A stretch of DNA of 64,000 bases from Candidatus Microgenomatus sp. (GCA_020724555.1 DYGT01000006.1:1649-65648); one strand, 5' to 3'; numbered from the stretch's first letter, positions 24,697 to 34,611 are shown. Program-made: numbers and translations. The notes: a model not told the origin generated them from the letters alone.

Positions 24697-25686
24697 ATGT
24701 TAATTCCGCCACGTTATGCGCTAAATTCACGGATCGTTGAATTATTAAATTCTATTGACGCCAGCCGTGAAGTAATTGAATCTATAACCATCCCCCCCAA
24801 AATAGAACAACACATCCGCCGGCAATCGACGTTAAAAAGTGCGCTTTTCAGTGCCCGGATTGAAGGGAATGAAATCACTGAAGAATCCTATAGTACTTTT
24901 CCTTCAAAAAACCAAAAAAAGATGGAAGTTACCAATATCCTGCGTGCTATGAACTGGATAGTAAAAAGAAGAAAGAAAGACACGGCTCTTGGGGACATTC
25001 TGGCGCTCCACAAAGAAGCCATGGATGGGTTGAGTGAAAATGCAGGCAAATTTAGAATTCAAAATGAAGCCATATACAATAGCGCCGGTATTGCCGTTTA
25101 TATGCCCCCTCCGCCCAAACAAATGAATCATTTCTTAAAAAAATTAATTAATTATATAAATAGCGACAAAGAAAAGTTTGTCCCCATCAAGGCCATCCTT
25201 TCGCACTATACTTTTGAAAAAATACACCCCTTTGAAGACGGCAATGGTCGTGTGGGAAGACTGCTCATCCAAAAAATCCTTTGGCAAGGTGGCTATGGCA
25301 TGAAAGGGATTTTACCATTAGAGCAATATTTGGAAAACAAAAGAGCAAATTATTACCGCGCTCTGGAAGAACCTGAAAAAGACACGACAGATTACGTGGT
25401 TTTTATGCTGGAAGCTATCGCAGAAACGGCAAATGAGGCAAAAAAACTGGTATTGAGCAAGCAAGAGGTTCAAGCTTCAGATTTTTTGTTACCCAGGCGG
25501 GCAGAAATATACAAAATAATTACTGACCAAAAAATGGTTAATTTTGATCAAATAAAAAGGCGTTTTGCTGCCGTCAATGAACGCACTTTAAGATACGACC
25601 TTAAAAAACTTATCGACGAGGGGTTTATCGTAAAACTTGGCAATACTAAGGGGGTTTATTATAAATTGGCAAAATCACCAAAATAG
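24697..25686 (+). CDS. fic: Fic-family protein (putative AMPylator), class II with N-terminal inhibitory motif and C-terminal winged-helix domain
   Basis: Fic motif HPFEDGNGRVGR; N-terminal inhibitory-helix motif SARIEGN ([ST]xxxE[GN]) about 110 aa upstream of the Fic motif. Confidence 0.85.
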   Translation: MLIPPRYALNSRIVELLNSIDASREVIESITIPPKIEQHIRRQSTLKSALFSARIEGNEITEESYSTFPSKNQKKMEVTNILRAMNWIVKRRKKDTALGDILALHKEAMDGLSENAGKFRIQNEAIYNSAGIAVYMPPPPKQMNHFLKKLINYINSDKEKFVPIKAILSHYTFEKIHPFEDGNGRVGRLLIQKILWQGGYGMKGILPLEQYLENKRANYYRALEEPEKDTTDYVVFMLEAIAETANEAKKLVLSKQEVQASDFLLPRRAEIYKIITDQKMVNFDQIKRRFAAVNERTLRYDLKKLIDEGFIVKLGNTKGVYYKLAKSPK

Positions 25687-26255
25687 GTTATTTTGTAAAA
25701 ATCAATCCCCGCTTCGCCGGATGCTTTTTCATCCGAGCCACTATCGCCTATTAACAAGTATTCATTTTTGGGAATATCGGGGTCGTAAATAAATTCAAAC
25801 CCGTCGATTTTTGGTTTTATATAAGTCACGTCATCACGTGTGATTATTTTTTCCATAAATTGAAGAATACCCATTTGATTTAAAATAGGAACAACGGTTT
25901 GCCTGGTATTTGACGTCCATAAATATTTTTTGCCAAATAAAACTTTTATCTGGTCTACCAATTCTTGGTTTATTTTAATGCCTTTCAGTGCTTTTTGCTC
26001 AAACTCACGGTTATGGACAATAATTTTATTTCTGATATCTTTTCCAAACTTTTCAACAAAGCTATTTTGCAATTCACTTAAGTTAAGCTGACCGTTTTTT
26101 CCTTTTACAATTAGATCATGATCAAGCGAGGAAAGCTCCCGCTCGATTCCCTCAAACCACTCGTCCCAATTTATCATCAAGTGCACAAGCGTATTGTCAA
26201 AATCAAAAATAAGCTGGCTCTTGGGATTTTTATCCAAATGCGACAAAAGACTCAT
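25659..26255 (-). CDS. HAD-superfamily hydrolase
   Basis: Motif I FDFDNTLV and motif IV LIGDSGSDEKA; convergent 28-nt overlap with fic. Confidence 0.7.
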   Translation of the reverse strand: MSLLSHLDKNPKSQLIFDFDNTLVHLMINWDEWFEGIERELSSLDHDLIVKGKNGQLNLSELQNSFVEKFGKDIRNKIIVHNREFEQKALKGIKINQELVDQIKVLFGKKYLWTSNTRQTVVPILNQMGILQFMEKIITRDDVTYIKPKIDGFEFIYDPDIPKNEYLLIGDSGSDEKASGEAGIDFYKITYFGDFANL

Positions 26256-26294
26256 AGCTAGATTATATAACCAAATGGGATTTTACGAATGAAG

Positions 26295-26879
26295 TTACTG
26301 GTTTAAAAATTCTGAAGCATTTTCAAGCATTGACGACATATCCTGGAATTGAACTGTTTCAGGCAGTTCAAACTGCGAGGCATCCGGAGTCCAAGGATAG
26401 CATTCATAATCCATCGCTTTGTTTATGTCTAATGCGCTTGCCTCTCCCCCAATTTCCGATAAGTCAGTCAACCCATCCAGAGAAGCTGTAAAACCCTGTG
26501 TTTCCCCCTCCATCCAAACATATGCATCTGTTGAATTCAAAACCACGAGATGGGAAACTGAGGCCTGGTTGTTTACATCGGACTGGAAATCCCCTCTTAT
26601 ATTTCCATCGCCAATAAAAACTGTGCCTACAGCACCGGTTTCGCTATCAGTAAAAGTGCACAACTGGTTTTTTTGTTCACTGATGATGCCCGACAGTGAA
26701 ACAGTATCTGTCGTTACTTGATCCGGAGCTTTTTGTTCAGTATTTGGTACACTGGTATTTGTTTCCGGAATGACCGTTTCAGGAGGCTCCTCTTTATCTC
26801 TGCCTACAATAAAATATGCACTTAAGCCAACGACTAAAACTAAAACTACAGCTAGAGATCCATATATTAATTTATTCAT
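26295..26879 (-). CDS. Membrane-anchored/secreted hypothetical protein
   Basis: N-terminal TM (LAVVLVLVVGLSAYFIV), Thr/Pro-rich linker. Confidence 0.45.
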   Translation of the reverse strand: MNKLIYGSLAVVLVLVVGLSAYFIVGRDKEEPPETVIPETNTSVPNTEQKAPDQVTTDTVSLSGIISEQKNQLCTFTDSETGAVGTVFIGDGNIRGDFQSDVNNQASVSHLVVLNSTDAYVWMEGETQGFTASLDGLTDLSEIGGEASALDINKAMDYECYPWTPDASQFELPETVQFQDMSSMLENASEFLNQ

Positions 26880-26913
26880 ATATCTTAAAAAGATTATATA
26901 GACTATTTAAACA

Positions 26914-28233
26914 TTATTCAACCAATACAACTTCTTCGTCCAAAACCGGGAGGTTGACCTCCCCCACTTCAGTCTCTCTTCTAATATTTAGGGCCAATGG
27001 TATGCGTGCCTCATCCTCACCATGAGTCAAAAATACTTCTTCAACATTCTTTATTTGTTTGAGCCAATTGATTAATCTTGGCTGATCCGCGTGTGAACTT
27101 AGTGTTTCTATGGCATCAATTTGAGCGTTTACAAAAATTTCTTTACCGTCTATAAAAACTCGCTCGGCTCCTTCTTTTATTTCACGCCCCAGGGTTTCCT
27201 CGGCCTGGTAACCGACAAACAAAAGCATTGTGCGTTTTTGGTTTAGATATTTTTTTGCATGGGACAATATCCTCCCCCCATTCATCATGCCGGAGCCTGC
27301 AATAATGACTTTTGCTCCTTTTTGCTTGTGAATCTTTTTGCTTTGCCCGCCTTTTGCCGTAAACACCAAACCGGGAAAAGAAAAATTACTGGTGCTGATT
27401 TCGTCCTTATGATCCATATAAATTTTAGTTACATCAAATGCCATGGGGCTATCCAGATAAACCGGAAGGTCGGCACTTACCACCCCTTGTCTTTTCATAG
27501 CGGATATCATTTCCAGTAGAACCTGTGTTTTTTGGATAGCAAAAGCGGGAATCAATAAGGTCCTTTTGCCTCTATCTGCTTCAACAAGAAAACGCGCAAA
27601 CTCGGTCACGGGATCACTCGTGGGGTGAATTTTACCGCCATAAGTAGACTCCATCACCACCCAATCGGCGCTGTCTATAAATTCCGTATAAGGAACCAAA
27701 GGATCGGGATAAGAACCAATGTCACCACTAAAAATAACGCTTTTACCGCTTGTTTTGTTGGTAAATTTAATGCTGGCTGCGCCCAATATATGCCCTGCGT
27801 TGAAATATTCTACCAGTAAATTTCTAAACACTACCTGTTCGTGAAATGAAACTAACTTAAATAAGGCCAAAGTGTCAACGACATCGGAGTCTGTATACAT
27901 TGGTTCATAAAAATTTTCATATTCGGCAATTTTTGCGGAATCAAACATGACAATTTCCGCCAATTCGCGCGTAGCAGTGGTTGCAAATATTGGCCCGGAA
28001 AATCCGTTTTTTACAAGTAACGGGAGCCGGCCGCAGTGATCCAGGTGTGCATGAGTCAAAAATAAGGCATCAACTTCTTTTGGGTTAAAACTAAACGGAC
28101 GGAAATTCAACTCTTCTTCCGCACTGGTTCCTTGAAACATCCCAAAATCAATTAATACTTTTGTTTTATTTGCCGTAAGTAAATAAGAAGATCCGGTAAC
28201 GGTCCCGGAAGCTCCTAAAAATTTTAGCTCCAT
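26914..28233 (-). CDS. Metallo-beta-lactamase-fold hydrolase with beta-CASP-like C-terminal domain (RNA-metabolising MBL family)
   Basis: HAHLDHCGRLP (HxHxDH motif) after MELKFLGASGTVTGSSYLL; 439 aa. Confidence 0.7.
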   Translation of the reverse strand: MELKFLGASGTVTGSSYLLTANKTKVLIDFGMFQGTSAEEELNFRPFSFNPKEVDALFLTHAHLDHCGRLPLLVKNGFSGPIFATTATRELAEIVMFDSAKIAEYENFYEPMYTDSDVVDTLALFKLVSFHEQVVFRNLLVEYFNAGHILGAASIKFTNKTSGKSVIFSGDIGSYPDPLVPYTEFIDSADWVVMESTYGGKIHPTSDPVTEFARFLVEADRGKRTLLIPAFAIQKTQVLLEMISAMKRQGVVSADLPVYLDSPMAFDVTKIYMDHKDEISTSNFSFPGLVFTAKGGQSKKIHKQKGAKVIIAGSGMMNGGRILSHAKKYLNQKRTMLLFVGYQAEETLGREIKEGAERVFIDGKEIFVNAQIDAIETLSSHADQPRLINWLKQIKNVEEVFLTHGEDEARIPLALNIRRETEVGEVNLPVLDEEVVLVE

Positions 28234-28280
28234 CCATCCATCTTAGCAAAAAAATTATTTAAATTGCCAGAGAAAGCTTA

Positions 28281-29198
28281 TCATACGCCACATCCGCTTC
28301 CGAAGGTATCGGGTGAAGGCAGGCTCTTAATTTGCTTTCGTGTTTCTGCATATCCTTGCCCGCTGGAATAAGTAGATCCCAATACCACCTTAGGGTCTAC
28401 TTCTGTCCAGTCTATCCCTTGTTCTTTAAAATAAGTTGCCAAATCCAAGTATGTCTGTGGAAACCAATAAGAATTTACTTTTAAAGCAAACTTATACATA
28501 TCTTCTTCGGAAACATTATTGGCTGCCATCAATTGCAAAAGGCCAAGCATAGCCATTCCATGATTACAATCCGGAAAATGAGTAGAATTACCGCAACATG
28601 GTCTATAAACACCATAGGCTACTTTTTCAACCAATTCTTGCTGGCTCTCTGTCAATTCCAGATATTTATGAGCGCTATAATGATCCATTACATCACCTTT
28701 GGCCAATATCCAGCCTCCTGTGGAGGCAAACCTACTTGCATCTCCTCCGTATCGAGGATCCGACATTTCTCCGTTTATCAATATTTCATTTCTATTAGCA
28801 AGACCAAAGGCCCAAAGCAAATTGAGCAAATATCCACTATTTTGTTGTGTCATAATAACAGAACCTTGAAATTCATCGGTTAACATTTGCTCTTCTTTGG
28901 CGCCAAGTCCTTCCGGGTAAAGTTTTCTAAATGCAACCTCATTAATCACTCCATCTTCTATCAATTTTCCACCAAGATCTCCCCATACAATCGGTAATTC
29001 TACACCGTTTTCAGGTAAAACCAGCTCTTCCGGGTTGCTTTCATCGCGTGTGTTTTTAACTAAATTTTCCGGATTTGTATTATTTTTATTTAAAGTAGTT
29101 ATAAATAAAATAAATACGATTATTAACAACATAAACGATGAGGAACGCCAAAAGAGAAGCGATGACGTTTTTGGGGGCAAGTTTATATAATTTTTCAT
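28281..29198 (-). CDS. Secreted Cys-rich hypothetical protein
   Basis: N-terminal TM/signal, motif YRPCCGNSTHFPDCNHGMAM, C-terminal GSGCGV. Confidence 0.45.
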   Translation of the reverse strand: MKNYINLPPKTSSLLFWRSSSFMLLIIVFILFITTLNKNNTNPENLVKNTRDESNPEELVLPENGVELPIVWGDLGGKLIEDGVINEVAFRKLYPEGLGAKEEQMLTDEFQGSVIMTQQNSGYLLNLLWAFGLANRNEILINGEMSDPRYGGDASRFASTGGWILAKGDVMDHYSAHKYLELTESQQELVEKVAYGVYRPCCGNSTHFPDCNHGMAMLGLLQLMAANNVSEEDMYKFALKVNSYWFPQTYLDLATYFKEQGIDWTEVDPKVVLGSTYSSGQGYAETRKQIKSLPSPDTFGSGCGV

Positions 29199-29714
29199 CT
29201 ATATATAAAAATTTAGAACCACATACATTCCCAAACTTAAAAGCAAAATAGAACCTAGACTTACAACAATTGACTGATATGGGAATAACGCCTTGCCATT
29301 TATTTTTTTGAGATATGTGTTTGCATAATCCGCAAAATAAAACAAAACTCCTCCCAAAATCATTCCAAAGGTTAATTTGGGAATATCATAAATAAGTCCG
29401 TTATGTTCATTTATGAGACCCAACCGATAAAACGATATCAGAGTCGAGACAAAAATTACTAAATAAAGTAAAAGTCGTTGAAAAGGAATATAAGTTTTTT
29501 TTAGTAAGTTATGGATCCAAAAACCCATTGCTCCTAAAAAAGCCCCCATCCATATACCGGTAATTGAATCGTCTATACCAAAAATCCGGGATAAAGATAA
29601 ACCAGCTCCTGCGCCGGCAACACACAACGGGCAATGGGCAAAGGCTGGTTTGATGAATAAAAACATTCCTAAAAAGGATAAAGGCAAACTGAAAAAAATT
29701 ATTTTTTTTATCAT
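29199..29714 (-). CDS. Polytopic membrane protein with N-terminal CxxC (AHCPLCVAG)
   Basis: 171 aa, 4-5 predicted TM segments, single CPLC pair just after TM1. Confidence 0.45.
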   Translation of the reverse strand: MIKKIIFFSLPLSFLGMFLFIKPAFAHCPLCVAGAGAGLSLSRIFGIDDSITGIWMGAFLGAMGFWIHNLLKKTYIPFQRLLLYLVIFVSTLISFYRLGLINEHNGLIYDIPKLTFGMILGGVLFYFADYANTYLKKINGKALFPYQSIVVSLGSILLLSLGMYVVLNFYI

Positions 29715-30244
29715 TTTACTACCGTACCATTAAATGTAAGATTCACTGCAGCCAAAGGTTCACTGAACGTTAAATTAACCACTCTATCAAAAGGTCCAGT
29801 GCCTTCCGGGCCGTGTGCAGCCGGATCAAAATTTACAATTACTTTCGCGGTTTCTCCCGGCTCTATTTTATAATTTAAATTTGGATTTCTATCTCCAGGG
29901 TGCTCCATGCCAAAAAACCGCGACTGCCTATCGCCTACTACTATTTTAGCTTCGGTACACATGCAGGAAGTTACAATTTTTTGCAATATCATGGGTGTAC
30001 CGGTATCATTTTTGAGTTCGTATTCTTTGGTGACAATGCCGCCTCTAAGCGGCACTTCACCCAGATTATAATTTTCCGGAATTATCTGTAGCCCTTCCAC
30101 CTGGCCAAGGGGTTGTGTGTTCGCGTTTGCAGTTTCACCGCTTTCGCGCTTTATAGCCAAAGCAAACACAAGAAGCAAAGAAGCAACTGTTAAACCTAAA
30201 AATATTTTAACGTCTTTACCCATATTATTTTCCGTTTTTATCAA
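29711..30244 (-). CDS. Secreted DUF1573-like protein
   Basis: Signal anchor plus an Ig-like body with a TSCMCT motif (DUF1573 proteins carry a TSCGCT-like motif); weak. Confidence 0.4.
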   Translation of the reverse strand: MIKTENNMGKDVKIFLGLTVASLLLVFALAIKRESGETANANTQPLGQVEGLQIIPENYNLGEVPLRGGIVTKEYELKNDTGTPMILQKIVTSCMCTEAKIVVGDRQSRFFGMEHPGDRNPNLNYKIEPGETAKVIVNFDPAAHGPEGTGPFDRVVNLTFSEPLAAVNLTFNGTVVK

Positions 30245-30497
30245 ACAAATCTACGATTTCTTTTATTAATTTTTCCTTTTTGGCCTTTGGAGCATTTATA
30301 TTTGCTAAAACACAGCAATCAAGATGCCCTTCTAATATAATCTGGTCAATTTTTTTTAGTGAAGACTGTACTGCTTGGGATTGATGAATAATATCAGGAC
30401 AGTATTCTTCATCCTCTACCATTTCTCGAACTTTTTGCAGATGGCCTTGGGCAATTGCCAATCTACGCAGAGATTCTTTTTTTACTTCAATATTCAT
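30225..30497 (-). CDS. CsoR/RcnR-family metal-sensing transcriptional repressor
   Basis: 90 aa; conserved C...H...C arrangement (EEYCPDIIHQSQAVQSSL, HLDCC) of the DUF156/CsoR fold. Confidence 0.7.
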   Translation of the reverse strand: MNIEVKKESLRRLAIAQGHLQKVREMVEDEEYCPDIIHQSQAVQSSLKKIDQIILEGHLDCCVLANINAPKAKKEKLIKEIVDLFDKNGK

Positions 30498-30571
30498 CTT
30501 ATTCCCCCTCCCTGGGATGGGGATATAAATAAGATATAAAAAACTTTAAACTATGTCAAGAAGTAGATTTA

Positions 30572-31063
30572 CTAAATAATGAGAAATTTGGAGGGTTTTT
30601 CTACAAATTTTTCTTTGCAAGCTTTACTGCAAAAATAATAAATTTTCCCATTGTATTTATATGTTACGTTTGCGGATTTTGGACAAAGCCTTTTGCCGCA
30701 TACTAAATCATGTGTTAAGGGGACCAATTCATCCATATTTTTTTCAAGCTCAGACGCTAACTCGGTATCCTTATATCTTTTTGCCAAAACTTCGCGCAAA
30801 GCATCGCTTGCTTCTATAAAATTTTTATCCGAAAGTTTATAAAAAATATTTTTTCCTTTTCTTTCTGTGACAACAATCCCGGCTTCACGAAGTGTCATTA
30901 GATGCTGGCTAAGATTTGCCTGGGGAAGATCAAGCTTTTGTTGAATTTCCCCAACACAAAGATTTTTTCCACGAAGCAAATGAATTATCTCCAAACGTTT
31001 AGGATGGCTCATGGCTCGCAGAAGCTGTGCATGAAGCTCAAACATTTTATTGTACATTTTCAT
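30572..31063 (-). CDS. ArsR/SmtB-family HTH regulator fused to a C-terminal YHS/TRASH-like metal-binding domain
   Basis: HTH VGEIQQKLDLPQANLSQHLMTLREAGIV, then CGKRLCPKSANVTYKYNGKIYYFCSKACKEKF. Confidence 0.7.
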   Translation of the reverse strand: MKMYNKMFELHAQLLRAMSHPKRLEIIHLLRGKNLCVGEIQQKLDLPQANLSQHLMTLREAGIVVTERKGKNIFYKLSDKNFIEASDALREVLAKRYKDTELASELEKNMDELVPLTHDLVCGKRLCPKSANVTYKYNGKIYYFCSKACKEKFVEKPSKFLII

Positions 31064-31127
31064 TAAGACATTACCCTCAAAACGTTTTTAAGTCAAGACC
31101 TTTTTTAAATTAAAAATTTAAAAGTAA

Positions 31128-31835
31128 TCAACGCAGATCTGCAATCGCTTGTTCCAATTGAGCCAAGGGCACAGCACCCGGAATATAGGAAACCTCACCC
31201 GTTTCCCTGTTCATTAAAAAGTTACCCGGTGTACCGCTAACTCCTGCAGATTGCCCGCCCGCCATATCGCTATCCACTTTTTCTTCAACACTTTCATCGA
31301 CAATACAAGTATTATAATCATCCGCATTAACACCCAGCTCAGCCGCAATACCCACCAAATCGCGGTCAACGACTGCCGTTTCACTTGTAAAGATTCTGTC
31401 AACAAATGCCCAAAACGCGTCGTTGCCTGCAATCCTCCCTATACATTCAGAGGCTATAGCGCGGGGTCTGGCGCTTGGATGGATTGTGTCCAAAGGAAAA
31501 TGTCGGTAAACCCATCCCACATCGTTATCTTTTTCAATAAGTTGGTTGGCTGTTGCATGAAATTGCTGGCAATATGGGCATTCTAAATCTGAGTACTCTA
31601 TTAGTAAAATATTTCCATCGGGATTGCCCGTTATCCAATCGCCGTCATTTATTTCGGGTACATCGCCCGGAGGCGGAGTTGGTTGAGACCCACCTGCTGC
31701 CAAATTATTCGGTGCATTGGTCCCGGTTTGATTATCTTCTAGCTGCTGGACGCGCATCCACAAAGTGCCGATAAAAAATGAGGCTACTACTAAAAGAATT
31801 ACTAAAATCACTGTTGGGGCGTTTTTTATTTGCAT
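31128..31835 (-). CDS. DsbA-family thiol:disulfide oxidoreductase, membrane-anchored (GC-richer than neighbours)
   Basis: N-terminal TM anchor, active site DLECPYCQQFH (CxxC). Confidence 0.75.
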   Translation of the reverse strand: MQIKNAPTVILVILLVVASFFIGTLWMRVQQLEDNQTGTNAPNNLAAGGSQPTPPPGDVPEINDGDWITGNPDGNILLIEYSDLECPYCQQFHATANQLIEKDNDVGWVYRHFPLDTIHPSARPRAIASECIGRIAGNDAFWAFVDRIFTSETAVVDRDLVGIAAELGVNADDYNTCIVDESVEEKVDSDMAGGQSAGVSGTPGNFLMNRETGEVSYIPGAVPLAQLEQAIADLR

Positions 31836-31849
31836 CTAAGTAACAAAGT

Positions 31850-33748
31850 TTAATTCAATATTATGAATATATAGGCATATATAAAGCCTGTCAAGGACTT
31901 TTTGATTTGTGCAGGTTTTTGGCTTATAAAGATAACTCCGGATATCAACAAAGCCTTAAGCTTTCCATGATACACTTTAGCTCCGTCTGCCAAATACTTC
32001 TGTGCCTTATCCCCAACCTTTTTTGCGGATGCACCATGGTGATGAAGAATGGAAAATTTTGGCAAGTAGTAAACGCTTATGCCTTCTCTTTTTAACCTCC
32101 TTGCATATTCAACATCTTCAAAATACATAAAAGTTTGCTCAGACAACTCCCCTACTTTATGAAAAATAGTGGCAGGTATAAGAAGAGCCGCCATTACTAC
32201 CCCTTCAACTTTTTGCGGCATATTTCCGGCCGGTCTAAATAATCCATAAGCTTGTTTTTTGCCAAACCAGAATTTTTTTATTGCTCCCGCTAGAGTCGGC
32301 AAAACAAAGGCCGATTCCTGGACAGAACCATCCGAAAGTATTAATTTGCAAGAAGCAACGGCGTTTGGATGTTTATCTAAAAAAGAAATCATATATTCAA
32401 CCGATCCTTTTGTTACTTCTGTGTCGGAATTTAATAAAAGAAAGTATTTACCCCTGCAGTAATTTAAAGCTCTGTTGTAACCGCCAGAAAATCCTAAATT
32501 CTTTTTAAGTTGGATCGTTTTTACTTTAGGATAAATTTCTCTAATTCGTTCTATTAAACCGTCATTAGAATCGTTATCTAATACTATAATTTCTTTTCTG
32601 ACCTGCGAAGAAACATTCTTGTGCAGACTTTTTAATAAATCAAGCGTTAATTTCGCCGTTTTGTAATTTACTATGGCTATGGAAACGTCAAAGGGAAAGT
32701 GAGGAGCAACTTCCGGCTGCTTTTCAAAAAAACCGTGGCGCCCTAAAAAGAAATCGAGAACACCTTTTTTTTGGGCTTTTCTCCCGAAGATAACTTGCCT
32801 AATGGCTTCACGCACGAGGGCAAATTTAGTTTTTAAATTTGCGTATTTAAAACCAACATACAATCTGTTTCTTGTTAATAAATAGTCTGTAAAAAAAGAA
32901 CCAACCCCTGCCGTTTGCGATACTTTATGATAAATACTGGCTTTTCCGTTGTACCATGATTCAAAACCTGCAAGGCCAGCCCGCATGACAAAATCAAAAT
33001 CTTCATAGTAAGCAAAATATTTTTCGTCAAAAAAACCTATTTTTTCAATAACATCCCTCTTAACCATAAAACAACAACCACTGATAAATTCCGTTTTTTC
33101 CACCCCCTCGTATTGCCCTCGGTCAATTTCATCTAAACCCCGGTGGTGAGAATATATATTATTCCAATCGATCGTCCCTCCGGCAAACCAGATAACTTTG
33201 CCTAAATCGTTTTTGGTGTAGCGGTCTTTGTAAAATTCATAACCGGGGGCAAAATATATTTTGGGGCTAACTATTCCGACACGTTTATCAAGCTTAAAAG
33301 TTTTCAATAATTTTTGTAAAAAATCACTATCTTTTACTAAAGTATCGTTATTTATGACCAGGATGTAGTCCGCACCCCAAGACATCGCATATTTAATACC
33401 CCGGTTATACCCGCCCGCGAAGCCTAAATTTATACCGGTAGGTAATAAAACAGTATTAGCAAAAAATTCCACTTTATTTAAAGAAAGCGGGTCTTTTGAA
33501 CCGTTATCAACGACAATAGTTAAGACATCCAAATCGGTTTTATTAACTAAATCAAGGGATTTTAATAAATCAAATGTGTGGTCGTGTTCGTTATAATCAA
33601 CTGTTACTATTGCTATTTTATTTTTATTCATATCTTTTGCAAAACACTTTTGTGCGCCAAAAAAAGATTTTTCTTTCCGAGTAATAAAAAGACGATCATC
33701 CTCCATAAAGAACCGATATAAACTATTATTTTGATAAAACTTTTGCAA
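31850..33748 (-). CDS. Tandem double-domain family-2 glycosyltransferase
   Basis: Two GT2 modules: IAIVTVDYNEHDHT...VVDNGSKD and VSIAIVNYKTAKLT...IVLDNDSNDG, each followed by DxD-type motifs (YYEDFD, YFEDVE); C-terminal TM. Confidence 0.75.
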   Translation of the reverse strand: MQKFYQNNSLYRFFMEDDRLFITRKEKSFFGAQKCFAKDMNKNKIAIVTVDYNEHDHTFDLLKSLDLVNKTDLDVLTIVVDNGSKDPLSLNKVEFFANTVLLPTGINLGFAGGYNRGIKYAMSWGADYILVINNDTLVKDSDFLQKLLKTFKLDKRVGIVSPKIYFAPGYEFYKDRYTKNDLGKVIWFAGGTIDWNNIYSHHRGLDEIDRGQYEGVEKTEFISGCCFMVKRDVIEKIGFFDEKYFAYYEDFDFVMRAGLAGFESWYNGKASIYHKVSQTAGVGSFFTDYLLTRNRLYVGFKYANLKTKFALVREAIRQVIFGRKAQKKGVLDFFLGRHGFFEKQPEVAPHFPFDVSIAIVNYKTAKLTLDLLKSLHKNVSSQVRKEIIVLDNDSNDGLIERIREIYPKVKTIQLKKNLGFSGGYNRALNYCRGKYFLLLNSDTEVTKGSVEYMISFLDKHPNAVASCKLILSDGSVQESAFVLPTLAGAIKKFWFGKKQAYGLFRPAGNMPQKVEGVVMAALLIPATIFHKVGELSEQTFMYFEDVEYARRLKREGISVYYLPKFSILHHHGASAKKVGDKAQKYLADGAKVYHGKLKALLISGVIFISQKPAQIKKSLTGFIYAYIFIILN

Positions 33749-34611
33749 TTGGGGAAATGTTTGTTTGCGTAATATATTAGTCCGGTTTTTTCCAAAATAA
33801 TTGCTTTTGTGTTATCCCCTCCACTACTGGATTTATCTAAATGAACAATAGAAAACCTTGGCGTATAAACCACTTTGAAACCATGCTTATGAATGCGTTT
33901 GTACCACTCAACTTCTTCTGTATACATAAAAAAATTCTCGTCAAAACCTTTAGTCTTTGTATAAACCTCTTTTTTTAAAAACATAAATGCTCCCATTGCC
34001 CAGCCAATCTTTCTATCTTTAGCAAAGTAACCTTTATAATTTGCGTGCACAGGTGGAACTAGATACCGAATTAATGGTAAATTCGCAATTCCCAACATCC
34101 AGGTTGTGATGTTTAATGGATTAGGCAACGAGCCGGCGCTGGGCTGCAAGTTACCATTTTTAAAATTTAAACGGCAAGCCAAAACATCGCATTCATTTTC
34201 ACTCATATATTTTCTGGCTTTAATTAATGTGTTTTTATCTACATAAGCATCCGAATTTAAAAGAAGAAAATAATTTCCACTGGCGCGGCGCATGGCATAA
34301 TTATTGCCTTTGGCAAAACCCAGATTAATGTCTGAGCGCATTAATTTCACCCACGGGTGCTTTTTTGCAATCATTTCAGCCGAGCCATCAGTGGACGCAT
34401 TGTCCAAAACGATTACTTCCACTTCCCTTTTTAGTTTTTGCTTGAATTCCTTGACAGCCTTTTTTAATAACACCAGGCATTCATTGGTAATTTGGGAGGT
34501 ATTATAGGAAAGAATTATTACGGAAATTTCCATGTCAAAATATTTTGTGTCTTTCACAATTTTATCATGTAAGCGTAAAACTCCAAGCGTTAGCTTGGAA
34601 ATATAAGCCAC
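33628..34611 (-). CDS. Family-2 glycosyltransferase
   Basis: ISVIILSYNTSQIT...VIVLDNASTDGS, MYTEEVEW (GT2 signatures); 121-nt overlap with the downstream GT2. Confidence 0.75.
   Translation of the reverse strand: MAYISKLTLGVLRLHDKIVKDTKYFDMEISVIILSYNTSQITNECLVLLKKAVKEFKQKLKREVEVIVLDNASTDGSAEMIAKKHPWVKLMRSDINLGFAKGNNYAMRRASGNYFLLLNSDAYVDKNTLIKARKYMSENECDVLACRLNFKNGNLQPSAGSLPNPLNITTWMLGIANLPLIRYLVPPVHANYKGYFAKDRKIGWAMGAFMFLKKEVYTKTKGFDENFFMYTEEVEWYKRIHKHGFKVVYTPRFSIVHLDKSSSGGDNTKAIILEKTGLIYYANKHFPNCKSFIKIIVYIGSLWRMIVFLLLGKKNLFLAHKSVLQKI

Noticed and set aside
29199-29714. Assignment of the CxxC membrane protein as DsbB or VKOR
   Set aside because: Only one Cys pair (CPLC) is present, whereas DsbB and VKOR need two conserved pairs. 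Kept as an unassigned membrane protein despite the tempting context near DsbA and CcdA.
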